Source of the DNA: Chiloscyllium plagiosum
Lineage: Eukaryota
Length of the DNA: 64,000 nt
Assembly (NCBI RefSeq): GCF_004010195.1
Contig: NC_057718.1
Span: 75,381,300-75,445,299 of the forward strand
Direction of reading: 5' to 3'
Every line of letters starts with the position of its first letter. The stretch's first letter is position 1. Shown here in pieces: positions 50,888 through 63,729 of the stretch. Below the pieces are notes generated by a model, which made no database searches, had not been told where the DNA came from, and saw only the letters and a list, made by a program, of their open reading frames with translations. The position numbers and the translations under genes were made by a program.

Positions 50888-52600
50888 AGTCATTAAGGTC
50901 TACAGCTTGGAAACAGGCTCTTCAGCCTAACATGCCCACGCTGCCCAGTTTTCACAATTAAACTAGTCCTGTTTGCCAACATTTGGTCCATCTCTCTCCA
51001 TACCTGTCCCATCCATGTACATGTCCAAATGTTTCTTAAATGGCAAAATTGTACTTGCTTGCATCACTACCTCTAGTAGGCAGAAGTGGATACTGTAGAT
51101 ACTGGAGATTAGAGTAAGGATTGGAGAGGTGCTGGAGAAGCACAGCAGGTCAGGCAGCATCCGAGGAGCAGGAAAATCGACATTTCGGGCAAAAGCCCAA
51201 AGCCTGATGAAGGGCTTTTGCTCAAAACATCAATTTTCCACTACCTCTGTAGCCTGTTCCAGACACTTAACACCCTCTGAGAAAAAAGTGTCTGCGTGGA
51301 CCCTTTTATATCTCTCCCCTCTCACTTTAAACTATGCCCCCTAGTTTAAACACCCATACCATGGTGAAAACATGTTGGCAATATACCTTATCTATGCCTC
51401 TCATGATTGTATAGACCTCTATAAGGCCATTCCCTCAGTCTCCTATGCTTCAGGAAAATAAGTTCCTGCCCATCCAACCTCTCCTATAACTGAAAACTTC
51501 CGGTTCAGGTGCATCCTAGTAAATCTTTTCTATATTTGTTTCTAATTTAATAGCATTCTTTCTATAGTAGGACGATCAGAATTGCTTGCAGCACTCCAAA
51601 TGTAGCCTCACAAAGGTCTTGTACAGTTGCAACAAGACATACCAACTCCTATACTAAATGCTCTGACTGATGAAAGCAAGCGTGCCAAAAGACTTCTTCA
51701 CAACCTTGTCTACCTGTGACTCCACTTGCAAGGCACTATGAACCTGTACCCTTAGATTTCTTTGCTCAATAACACTCCCAAGGTCCTTTCGTTGACTGTG
51801 TAAGTTCTGCCCCTGGTCTGACTCACTAAAATGCAATACCTTGCATTTATCTAAACTGAACTCCATTTGCCATTCCTCAGCCCAACTGGCCCACTTGAAC
51901 AAGATGTCACCACATTGTCAGATAACCTTTTTTACGTCCACTCTACCACCGATCTTGGTGTCATGCGCAAACTTACTAACCATAACTCTTAAATTCCCAT
52001 CCAAATCATTTGTATAAATGATGAATAACAGTGGACCAGCAGCAATCCCTGTAGTACACTGCTGGTCACAGGCCTTCAGTCTGATAAATAATCCACTACC
52101 ACCACTGTCCATCATCTAATTGTCAAGTCAACTTTGTATCCAATTGGCTTGCTAAGCCTAGATCCCGTGAGATTTAACCTGACTCAGCAACCTATATATG
52201 GTACCTTGCCAAAGGCTTTGTTAAAGTCCATGTAGGCAACAGCTAATTCACTGCTCTCATCTAATCTTTTGGTCATCCTTTTAAAAAATTAGACCTCATG
52301 CATGAGACATAATTTCCCACACACAAAGCAATGCTGACTATCCCAAATGAGTCTTTGCCTCTCTAAATGCTTGTAGATCCTGTCTCTCAGAAGCCCCTCT
52401 AACAACTGACCAGAACAGACATTAGGCTCACTGGTCTGTCATTTCCAGGCATTTCCCTGCAGTTTTTCTCAAATAATGGCACAACATCAGCTACCGTCCA
52501 ACCTTCGGGCACTTCATCTGTGGCTGTCGATGTTACAAATATCTCCGCTAGGGGCCCTGCAATTTCCTCCCTAGCCTCCCATAAGGTTCTGGGATACATT
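50888..52600 (-). mobile_element. 5'-truncated CR1-like LINE
   Basis: YPRTLWEAREEIA, RPVSL, PLLFIIYTNDLD..KFAHDTK, WQMEF. Confidence 0.9.
51080..51238. mobile_element. Partly palindromic PLE-terminus element inserted in the CR1 3' region
   Basis: GGAAAATCGACATTTCGGGCAAAAGCCC versus GGGCTTTTGCTCAAAACATCAATTTTCC, with CTGATGA at 51204; flanking repeat CACTACCTCT(A)GTAG at 51065 and 51239. Confidence 0.8.
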
Positions 52601-53547
52601 TCATGAAGATGGTGCTGTTTCAGAACATGAATACTTTCTGGAGTGAAACTGGTGGTGTGGTTTAGCTACCCGTTCCAGAAACTGCCTGATATCTGCTTCA
52701 ATTTAGATCAACAGCATGAAAATTCAGCAGGTCCTATAAAATTTGAGTGATCAGTGTTTTGCTAGTCTAATTCCAGATGTTAAAAACAATCTCTCCCACC
52801 CCATTGCCAATTTTCTTCTTGTCTCCTTCAAGAGTTGACAATACATGTAAACGATTCTCTTGAATAATGTTGCTGTGGGACAAGTAAGAACACTAAGTAG
52901 AAAAACTGAATATTATAAGAATATACCATAGCGTGTTTCTTCATAAGATAGACATTAGAGTTGATGTGAAACAGTTATTTATGCAGTCTCTTTACTTTCT
53001 ATCTCAAGTTGCAATTAAACTTGATTGAAATTAAATTGCCTTATCAGAGCAGTCAATTCATTCTCTCAGCAGGTGCACCAAGTCAAGAAATATTTAATAA
53101 ATGGCTGTCTGAGACAATACATATCTCCTGCATGATTGGATAAATGTTTATCTTGCATAATAGACAAATATGATAGTGCAGATGAAATAACTTCAAAAAA
53201 TCTCTAGTTGAAAGTTGTTTCTTCCCCATCTGCTTATGTAATACTTTGATATCATTTATAGGTAAATTGCATTTTAGGGCAATTTTTAAAGTAGAGTTTT
53301 TGAATCAGTTGGACAAACTAGAGACACACTAATTGAGGTGTTATAGCACCACCTCTAGCAGTAGGAGACAATTGCACCTGACTATTTTTACCAACAATGT
53401 CCACTCCGTATATGCTTAAAGGAATTTACTTTGGAAAAAGTTGAGTAAAGAAGATTTCTAGATAGAACATAAATACTGCTGTAAATGTGTTTAATACATT
53501 AAGGTGAAGATAAATCTAATTTGCATTGAACTATTATCTGGAATACA

Positions 53548-53865
53548 TTGATTAGATTAGATTAGATTACAGTGTGGAAACAGGCCCTTCGGCCCAACAA
53601 GTCCACACCGACCCGCCGAAGCGAAACCCACCCATACCCCTACATTTACCCCTTACCTAACACTATGGGCAATTTAGTATGGCCAATTCACCTGACACTG
53701 CACATCTTTGAACTGTGGGAGGAAACCGGAGCACCCGGAGGAAACCCACGCAGACACGGGGAGAACGTGCAAACTCCACACAGTCAGTCGCCTGAGGCGG
53801 GAATTGAACCCGGGTCTCTGGCGCTGTGAGGCAGCAGTGCTAACCACTGTGCCACCGTGCCGCCC
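53548..53865 (-). mobile_element. Full-length young HE1-like SINE
   Basis: Complete antisense HE1 with a (GATTA)n tail. Confidence 0.92.
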
Positions 53866-54419
53866 ACTAAAAAGGAAAGTGTAAGCACACACACGTCTGC
53901 GTGCCTTGTTGTTGTATCAAGTGTACATCTCTCTGCACTTGGCAGAATTTACAGGGATCACTACTCTGTTCATTCTCTGTTTTATGCGAGTAAAGTGTAA
54001 AACACAAGGCAGAGGGAAACTATCAGAGGTGTATCTCCAAGGTTTGTGTGGTTGCCAACCACAGAGGAGCAAGCACTTGAGATCATCAACCTCTCTGCCC
54101 ATTGGCTATTGGAGATGGGAAGATGAAGATCTCCCAACTACCTAGAAACCGAATAAAATATACAATACTAGGTTATGTTCACTTGAATACAGCAGCAAGT
54201 GAAAAATGGTCATTACCATTTTGTGAAATTATATTCTTGTTTTCTTTGATTTCCTATTTGGCTTACGTATTGTTCAATTGTTGGTGTGCCTATTGATTTT
54301 TTTATAGTAATCCACCTGGGCCAAATCCTCTACAAACTGTCCTGTAGTTAAATGCTTCTTCTATTTGGTAATTCTTTGATTTTTTTTATCATTATTTTAA
54401 ACCAGAAGATATCACAATC

Positions 54420-54622
54420 CCATTTCTGTTTTCAGCAGCAAGAAGAGCGGGAGCTTGGACCAGGGGCCTGGCAGGAAAGGTCAGTTACTAATTTAAATCT
54501 TTAAAAACTTATCACGAGCATCAGAGCCCTCCATTTCTGTTTTCAGCAGCAGGAAAAGTGGGAGCTTGGACCAGGGGCCTGGCAGGAAAGGTCAGCTACT
54601 AATTTAAATCTTTAAAAACTTA
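54420..54622. repeat. Tandem duplication with a 111-bp period
   Basis: CCATTTCTGTTTTCAGCAGC...TTTAAAAACTTA at 54420-54511 and 54531-54622. Confidence 0.9.
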
Positions 54623-55344
54623 CCTCAGAGAGCAGAGGTTTCTGGGAAAGGATGGACTTTATTTTCCCCTCAGCTGTCTAAACCTGAGACCCTACCCATG
54701 AGCAAAATTAGATGTGATCCTCCTTTCAGATAACATTTACGAATTCTGACTATGCTAAGAGTTATAAGGGAAATCAATTTAAGATCATCAGTCAGTTTGC
54801 AGTGATGTATTTGCATATCCTAGAAATCACAGGATGCTGCTCTGTGAAAGCAAAAGCAAAATTTCCATATGTTGCATCTGTTATTTTGAGAAAAGGACCA
54901 TGGAACCATTTGCCAGTCACTGCTGCATTCCCCATGGAAACAACCAGGCCAATCACTGTCTAGTTACTGGTCTGAATTTTTTTTCAGCTAACTCAGATTG
55001 ACAGTTAACAGTATCTGCTGAATCTCCATGCCAATCAATCAGCACCCTCTTCTCATGCTGTCTCAAATGGTCTTGCCTTTCCAACTTTGGTTTCTCGTTT
55101 GTCAGTCCTGATGAATGCAAGATCAAAAGCTTTGATATCCTGTCTCTTTTTAGAAAGGTTTTATGCTGTGCAAATACATTCAACTATATATATATAATTT
55201 AAATATATATAAATATATATTTATGCACACAACCACAAAAATAAAATTCTGCAGAATTATTTTTTAGAAGAACTTTGGTCGAGGAACAAAGTCCACTGAA
55301 GCTATTGATACTGAAGTTATTCCAAGTAGACAAATTTTCTATTT

Positions 55345-56650
55345 AAGATCATAAGGCCATAAGAAATTGAGCTGAAAAATGTGTCCTTGGCCTCCTCCAT
55401 CGCCAGACCATGGCAACACGGCGCCTGAAGGAAGAGCGCCTCATCTTCCGCCTAGGAACCCTCCAACCACAAGGGATGAATGCAGATTTCTCCATCCCTC
55501 CTCCCTACCTTTTATCTTAGCCTGCTTGGCACACCTTCCTCATTCCTGAAGAAGGGCTCATGCCCGAAACGTCAATTCTCCTGCTCCTTGGATGCAACGG
55601 GGGCAAACTCTGAGCCAGAGACCTGCACCCTAATGCATTCCCCTGGCACATTGTACCCCCAACAGTATGCGCTTTTCTAGCAACACATTTTCAGCTCTGA
55701 TCTCCAGCATCTGCAGTCCTCACTTTCTCCCATAAGAATAGCTAGGACAAATGTTCGGCACAACATCGTGGGCCGAAGGGCCTGTTCTGTGCTGTATTGT
55801 TCTATGTTCTATGTTCTAAATTGAGACAGGAATAGGCTGTTTGGCATCTCGATCCTGCACAATAATCCAATCGGATCATAGCTGATCTGACATTCCTCAC
55901 ATCCACTTTCTTGTCTTTTCCCTGTAACCCTTGATTTCCCTACTGATCAAGAATATACCTATCTCAGCTTTATATATACCCAAGGAATCTTCTCCCACAG
56001 TTCTCTATGGCAAGCAGTTCTAAAGCCTCACAATCCTTAGGAGAAATTCCTCTTCATCTCAGTTTAAATTGGCATCCCTTAACTCTGAGACTATGCCCTC
56101 TGATCCTAGATTCTCCCAGGAAGTGAAACATTCTCTCAGCATTTGTCAAGCCCCTTAAGAATCCCATATGTTTCAATGAGATCACCTCTCATTGTTATAA
56201 ATTCCAATGAGTGCCATACAAACCTATTTGACATTTGCTCATAAGATCATCCCTCCAAATTGGGTATCATCCTAATGAAACTTCTCTGAACTACCTCCAA
56301 TAAAATAATGAAGCAATCTTTAAAAATAAGAGTCCAAAACTGTTCACAGTAATCCAGGTGACGTCCCATCAGCACCTTGTGTAGTTCCAGTAAGACTTCC
56401 CGAAACACATTCTCCAATCCCTGTTAAATAAGGCAACATGTTTCACCAGCCTTTCTAATCATCTGCTGTACCTGTGTGCTAGCTTTCTGTATTTTCTGTA
56501 CAAGTACTCCGAAATCCCTTCCTGTTGCAGCTTTCTGCAGTTTTTCTCCATTTGAATCATATTCGGTTCTTTGTTCTTCCTTCCATAATCAGCAGCTTCA
56601 CATTTTCCTACATTCCACTCCATTTTGCCAACATTTACCTATTAATGCAA
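55345..56650 (-). mobile_element. Old CR1 3' fragment hosting nested insertions
   Basis: Antisense CR1 3' UTR and RT tail, CATAAG-type tail repeats. Confidence 0.7.
55372..55729 (+). mobile_element. 5'-truncated Penelope-like element with hammerhead (55542-55577)
   Basis: RRLKEERLIFRLGTLQPQGMN; attc-CTGAAGA-A-GGGC-TCAT-GCCC-GAAA-CGTC; TSD CCATAAGAAATTGAG, whose right copy is split by a CR1 tail at about 55739-55817. Confidence 0.85.
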
Positions 56651-56659
56651 CAGTCAGTG

Positions 56660-59600
56660 CAGAGATCCCCTGTGGTCGTTTCCCTGTAAAACAAGTGTAC
56701 CATTTTGGATACTGTTGGGGGTACAATGTGCCAGGGGAATGCATTAGGGTGCAGGTCTCTGGCTCAGAGTTTGCCCCTGTTGCATAGAAGGGAAGGGGGG
56801 GAAGGAGGAGAGTGTTAGTCATTGGGGACTCAATAGTTAGAGACTCAGATAGAAGGTTTGTTGGAAATGAAAGAGACTCATGATTGTTGTGTTGCCTCCC
56901 AGGTGCCAGGGTCCGTGATGTCTTGAATCTTGTCTTTCGGGTAGCGAAGTGATAGGGTGACCAGCCTCAAGTTGTGGTCCATGTAGGTACCAATGACATA
57001 GGTAGAAAGAGGGATAGGGAGCATTTCAGGGAGCTATGGTGGAAGCTGAGAGCTAGAACAAACAGAGTTTGTTACCCGTGCCATATGATGGTGAGGTGAG
57101 GAACAGAGAGAGATATCAGCTGAACAAGTAGCTGCAAGGATGGTGCACGAGGGAGGGTACCATGCATATGATCATTGGGGCTCATTCTGGAGAAGGTGGG
57201 ACCTCTACGAACAGGACAGTCTTCACTTTAACCAGAAGGGTAGTAATATGCTGAATGGGAAATTTGCTACTGCTATTTGGTGGGTTTAAACTAGCACAGC
57301 AGGGGGATGAGAATGTGTGGTGTAGTTGCAGTACACAGAAGAATAAGAGTAGGGAGGACATGGACACGATTTCACGGTCACAGGAGTGTGCTAGCAGACA
57401 GCAAGCTGGTTTGACACACCAGGAGTATCCAGAATAAAGCAGGTGAGCTTGCAGCATGGATCGGTACCTGGGACTTCGATGTTGTGGCCATTTTAGAGAC
57501 ATGGATAGAGCAGGGTGAGGAATGGATGTTGCAGGTTCCAGGGTTTAGATCTTTCATTAAGAACAGGCAAGATGATAAAAAGAGGGGGAGGCATGTCTTT
57601 GTTAGTTAAGGACAGTATAATGGTGGCTGAAATAACTTTTGACGAGGTCTCATCTACTGAGGTGGTATGGGCTGAGGTTAAAATCAAGAGAGGAGAGGTC
57701 ACAGTACTGGGAGTTTTTTATAGGCCTCCACAAAGTTCATGGGATGTGGAGGAGAGGATTGGCAAAATGATTCTGGGCAGGAGTGAAAGAAACAGGGTGG
57801 TCATTATGGGGGACTTTAACTTCCCTAATATTGACTAGAAATGCTGTAACTTCTGTATATTAGATGGATCAGATTTTATCCAATGTGTGTAGAAGGGTTT
57901 CCTGACACAGTATGTCGAAGGGCCGACAAGAGGGGAGGCCACACTGGATCTGGTACTTGGCAATGAACCAGGCCAGGTGTTTGATTTAGTGGTAGGTTAG
58001 CACTTTGGAGAGAATGACTTTGATTTGGTTGCATTTAGTTTAGCGATGGAAAGGATAGGTACATGCCGCAGGTCAAGAGTTATAGATGGGGGAAGGGCAA
58101 TTATAATGTGATTAGGCAAGATTTAGGAGGCATAGAATGGGATAGTAAAATGTAGGGGATGGGGACAATCGAAATGTGGAGCTGGTTTAAGGAACAGATA
58201 TTGTGTGTCCTTGATAAATATGTCCCTGTCAGGCAGGGAGAAAATGATAAGGTAGGGGAACCATGGTTTACTAAAGAGATTGTATCTCTTGTTAAGGAGA
58301 AGAGGGAGGTTTATATGTTGTTGAGACAAGATGGTTCAGATGAGGGATGGAGAGTTACAGATTAGCTAGGAAGGATTTAAAGAGAGAGTTAAGAGGAGTA
58401 AGGAGGGGACATGAGCAGTCTTTAGCAGCTAGAGTAAAGGAGAACCCTAAAGCTTTCTGTCAGTAAGTGAGGAATAAAAGGATGACTAGGGTAGGAATAG
58501 GGCCAGTCAAAGACAGAGTGGGAAATTGTGTGTGGACCCTGTGGAGATTGGAGAGGCGCTAAACGAATATTTCTCATCTGTTTTCACTCAGCAAAAGGAG
58601 AATATTGTATTGGAGAAGACTGAGGTACGGGTATTTGGTTTGAAAGGATTGAGGTTAGTAAAGAGGAGGTGTTGTCAATTCTAGAATGTGTGAAAGTAGA
58701 TAAATCCCCTGGGCAGGATGAGATTTATCCGAGGATTCTCTGGGAAGTTAGGAAGGAGATGGCTGAACCTTTGGGCTTGATCTTTGAATTATCATTGTCT
58801 ACAGGTTTAATACTGGAGGACTAGAGGATTGCAAATGTTGTGCCCTTGTTCAAGAAGAGCATCAGAGGTGACCCAGGTAATTATAGACCATTGAGCCTTA
58901 CGTCTGTTATAGGAAAAGTTTTCGAAAGGGTTATAAGAGATAGGATTTATAATCACCTAAAAAGCAACAATTTGATTGTAGATAGTCAACATGGGCAGGT
59001 CGTGTCTCACAAACCTCATTGAGTTTTATGAGAAGGTGACCAAGCATACAGATGAGGGTAGGGCAGTTGACATGGTGTATGTGGACTTCAGTAAAGCCTT
59101 TGATAAGGTTCCACATGGTAGGCTATTGGAGAAAATGTGGAGGCATAGGATTGAGGGTGATTTAGCAGTTTGGATTAGAAACTGGCTTTCTGTAAGGAGG
59201 CAGCGAGTGATGGTTGATTGAAAATATTCAGCCTGGAGTCTGGTTACTAGTGGTGTGCCAAAGGATCTGTTTTGGGACCACTGCTGTTTGTCATTTTTAT
59301 AAATGACTTGAAAGCAAGCATAGGTCGATGGGTTAGTAAGTTTGCAGATGACACTAAAGTCGATTGAGTAATGGACAGTGTGAAAGAATGTTGCAGGTTG
59401 CAGGGGGATTTAGATAAACTGCAGAATTGAACTGAGAGGTGGCAAATGGAGTTCAATGCAAATAAATGTGAGGTGATTTACTTTGGGATGAATAACAGGA
59501 AGGCAAAATATTGAGTCAATAGAAAGATTCTTGGTAGTGTGGATGTGCAGAGAGAGCTTGATGTCCATGTACATAGATCCCTGAAAGGTGCCACACAGAT

Positions 59601-60233
59601 TGGTAGTACTGTTAAGAAGGCATACAGTGTGTTAGATAGAAGGATTGAGTTCCAGAGACATGATGTCATGCTGCAACTGTACAAAACGCTAGTGCGGCCG
59701 CACTTGGAATATTGTGTACAATTCTGTTCGGCCCATTACAGGAAGATGTGGAAGCATTTGAAAAGGTGCAGAGGAGATTTACCAGAATGTTGCCTGGTCT
59801 GGAGTGAAGGTGTTATGAAGAAAGGCTGAGGGACTTGGGTCTGTTCTCATTGGAGAGAAGAAGGCTAAGAGGGGATTTAATAGAGACTTACAAGATGATC
59901 AGAGGATTAGATCGGGTGGACAGTGAAAGTCTTTTTCCCAGGACGATGATGTCGGATTATACGAGGGGGCAGAGTTGCAAATTGAGGGGTGATAGATTTA
60001 AGAGAGACGTCAGAGGCAGGTTCTTTACTTAGCGAGTGGTAAGAGTGTGGAATGCCCTGCCTGCCAATGTAGTTAACTCAGCCACAAGAGGGGCATTCAA
60101 ACAGTCCTTGGATAAGCACATGGATGATGATAGGATGATGTAGGGGATGGACTTAGATTAGTTCACAGGTTGGCGCAACATCGAGGGCCGATGGGCCTGT
60201 TCTGCGCTGTATTGTTCTATGTTCTATGTTCTA
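56660..60233 (+). mobile_element. Near full-length decayed CR1/HER1-like LINE: ORF1 SGNH esterase plus ORF2 APE-RT
   Basis: VLVIGDSIVR, VHVGTNDIG and DSLHFN (ORF1); VFYRPP, MGDFNFP, NYRPLSLTS, YVDFSKAFDKVPH and KFADDTK (ORF2); (TTCTATG)n tail. Confidence 0.92.
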
Positions 60234-60379
60234 ATATTGCTGAAAAGAGATGTAAATTCAAAGCTTTCATGTTTTGTTCTTATCAGCACTGAATGCAAGA
60301 AAGCCAACTTTAAAAGGGAAACAACAATTTATAGATAATGTTTAATCAACCTTGTCAGATATACTATTATATATCTCTG

Positions 60380-60570
60380 AAACAGGTGGGGCTTGAACAT
60401 GGACTTCTTGGACTAGCATTTGAAATACTATCTCTGCACTACAAGAGCCAAAAGGCATTTTTAATTCATCTTTTCAGGTATGTTTTGTTACACATTTGGA
60501 GCAGGTAGGACCTGAACCCAGGCTTCCGGGCTGAGCTGTAGGGACAGTACCACTGCACCACAAGAGCCTA
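60380..60570 (-). mobile_element. Two tandem short tRNA-like SINE heads; a related copy lies at about 44932-45015 on the plus strand
   Basis: Reverse complement GGCTCTTGTGGTGCAGTGGTA..GGGTTCAGGTCC, present twice. Confidence 0.5.
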
Positions 60571-60799
60571 TACAATGAGCCAATGTAATGGTCAAATTAA
60601 ACAATGGTTGGCATGGAACTGTCAATGTTAACTGATTAATTTAGTTTGAAATAAATGAGTTAAATCAGTTGTCTTTCATCGAAATTCTGGTTGAGGAATC
60701 CGTCAATGTGTTTTCTTTTACTATTCACCACAAGCCTATGTTCACTGGTCAATTTGGAATTTCTATGGTTGCACTGTAGGATTGGACTTGGTGGCAATT

Positions 60800-61940
60800 T
60801 GAACTTACATTTGGAAAGACAGGGTTTGACTGGGAATTGTCAGCATGGTTTTGTGCATGGGAGATCATGCCTCACAAAGAGCTCTTTGATGAAGAGACCA
60901 GGAGGGTTGATGAGGGCAGGGTAGTAGATGTAGTCTATCTGGATTTCAGTAATGGCTTTGATACATTTCCACATGGTCGGCTGCTCTGGAAAGTTAGATC
61001 GCGTGGAATCCAGGGGAGTTGGCAAATTGGATACACAATTTGCTTGATGGTAGGAAGCAGAGGGTAATAGTGGAAGGATGCTTATTAGACTGGAGGTGTG
61101 TGACTGGTGGAGTGCCTCAGGAGTCAGTGCTGGCCCATTGTTGTTTGTTATCTATATCAATGATTTGAAAGAGAATGTACAGGCATGATTAGTAAGTTTT
61201 CAGATGACATTAAAATAAATGGTATCATGGTCAATGAGGAACATTCTTAGAAATTGCAGTAGGATCTTGATCACCTGAGGAAATGGGCCAATAAATGGCA
61301 AATGCAGTTTAACTTAGATAAGTGTGAGGTCTTGCATTCTGAAAAGTCAAATCAATGTAGAAGTTTCATGGTGAATGTTAGGGCTTGAGGGAGTATAGTG
61401 AAACAAAGGGATCTTGGAGTTCAGGTGCATGGTTCTCTGAAAGTGGAGTCACAGGTAGACAGGGCAGTGAAAAAAGCTTTTGGCACACTGGCCTTCTTTA
61501 GTCAGGCCATTGAATATACAAGTTGGGAAGTTATGTTGTACAGGCTACACTTGGAATATTGTGTTCAGTTTTAGTCAACTTGTTATAGGAAGGATGTTAT
61601 TAAACTGGAAAGAGTACAGAAGAAATTTACAAGGATGTTGTAAGGACTAGAGGGCATTAGTTTAAGGTGAGAGGGGAAAGAGTAAAGGGGAACCTGAGGG
61701 GCAACTTTTTTTAACACAAAAGGTGATATGAATATGGATTGAGCTGCCAGAGGAAGTAGTTGAAGTGGGTACATTAACAACATTTAAAAGGCATTTGGGC
61801 AAATACATGGATAAGAGAGGTTTAGAAGGATATGGGTCAATTGCAGGGAAATGGGGTTAGCATGGATGGACATTTTGGCCAGCATGGCCCAGTTTGGACT
61901 GAACAGCCTGTCTCTGTGCTGTAGGACTCTATGATTCTAT
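60800..61940 (+). mobile_element. 5'-truncated CR1-like LINE
   Basis: QHGFVHGRSCLT, VYLDFS, GVPQ and KFSDD motifs; tail CTCTATGATTCTAT. Confidence 0.9.
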
Positions 61941-63484
61941 TACAACCTCAAAACTAAGGCCCTAGTCATCAGCTCATTGTATCAGCTTGATGCCAAACTA
62001 AAGGGCATCAAAACTACTCTGCACAATAATGACTACCCTGATCAAGTTTGGTGTTTTGCATTTCTTGCGGTTGCAGGGGACGGTGCCGGGAGTGGAGGTT
62101 GGGTTGGTGGGGGGTGTGGACCTGACGAGGGAGTCACAGAGGGAGTGGTCTTTTTGGAACGCTGATAGGGGAGGGGAGGGAAATATATCCCTGTTGGTGG
62201 GGTCCGTTTGGAGGTGGCGGAAATGACGGCGGATGATACGCTGTATATGGAGGTTGGTGGGGTGGTAGGTGAGGACCAGTGGGGTTCTGTCCTGGTGGCG
62301 GTTGGAGGGGCGGGGCTCAAGGGCGGAGGAGCGGGAAGTGGAGGAGATGCGGTGGAGGGCATCGTCGACCACATCTGGGGGGAAATTGCAGTCTTTGAAG
62401 AAGGAGGCCATCTGGGTTGTACGGTTTTGAAACTGGCCCTCCTGGGAGCAGATGCGGCGGAGACGAAGGAATTGGGAATATGGGATGGCGTTTTTACAGG
62501 GGGCAGTGTGGGAGGAGGTATAGTCTAGGTAGCTGTGGGAGTCGGTCGGTTTATAGTAAATGTCCGTGTTGATTCGGTCACCCGAGATAGGAATGGAAAG
62601 GTCTAGGAAGGGGAGGGAGGAGTCTGAGACGGTCCAGGTGAATTTGAGGTCGGGGTGGAAGGTGTTGGTAAAGTGGATGAATTGTTCAACCTCCTTGTGG
62701 GAGCACGAGGCAGCGCCGATACAGTCATCGATGTAGCGGAGGAAATGGTGGGGGCTGGTGCCAGTATAGCTGCGGAAGATGGACTGTTCCACATATCCTA
62801 CGAAGAGGCAGGCATAGCTGGGGCCCATGCGGGTGCCCATGGCTACTCCTTTGGTTTGGAGGAAGTGGGAGGATTGGAAAGAGAAGTTGTTCAGGGTGAG
62901 GACCAGTTCAGTCAGTCGAAGGAGGGTGTCAGTGGAAGGGTACTGGTTGGTACGGCGGGAAAGGAAGAAGCAGAGGGCTTTGAGTCCTTCGTGATGGGGG
63001 ATGGAGGTGTACAGGGACTGGATGTCCATGGTGAAGATAAGGTCCCCACCACCAGGGATATATTCCCCTCCCCTATCAGCGTTCCGAAAAGACCACTCCC
63101 TCCGTGACTCCCTTGTCAGATCCAAACCCCCCACCAACCCAACCTCCACTCCCGGCACCGTCCCCTGCAACCCCAAGAAATGCAAAACTTGCGCCCACAG
63201 CTCCCCCCTTACTTCCCTCCAAGGCCCCAAGGGATCCTTCCGTATCTGCCACAGATTCACCTGCACCTCCACACACATCTCTATTGCATCCGCTGCACCC
63301 GATGTGGCCTCCTCTATATTGGGGAGACAGGCCGCCTACTTGCAGAACGTTTCAGAGAACACCTCTGGGACACCCGGACCAACCAACCCAACCACCCCGT
63401 GGCTCAACACTTCAACTCCCCCTCCCACTCCACCAAGGACATGCAGGTCCCTGGACTCCTCCATCGCCAGACCATAGCAAAACG

Positions 63485-63556
63485 NNNNNNNNNNNNNNNN
63501 NNNNNNNNNNNNNNNNNNNNNNNNNNNNNNNNNNNNNNNNNNNNNNNNNNNNNNNN
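63485..63556. other. Assembly gap
   Basis: Run of N. Confidence 1.
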
Positions 63557-63693
63557 CCTGACCTCTCCGCCCCCACCCCACTCCGGCCTATCACCCTCAC
63601 CTTGACCTCCTTCCACCTATCGCATTTCCAAGTCCCCTCCCCCAAGTCCCTCCACCCTACCTTTTATCTTAGCCTGCTGGACACACTTTCCTC

Positions 63694-63729
63694 ATTCCTG
63701 AAGAAGGGCTTATGCCCGAAACGTCAATT
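63694..63729 (+). ncRNA. Minimal type-I hammerhead ribozyme motif in the PLE terminus
   Basis: attc-CTGAAGA-A-GGGC-TTAT-GCCC-GAAA-CGTC-aatt. Confidence 0.78.

Noticed and set aside
61998..63278. 426-aa ORF as an intact RT or telomerase-like gene
   Set aside because: Chimeric across the inversion junction; its N-terminus is antisense PLE sequence and the RT is truncated
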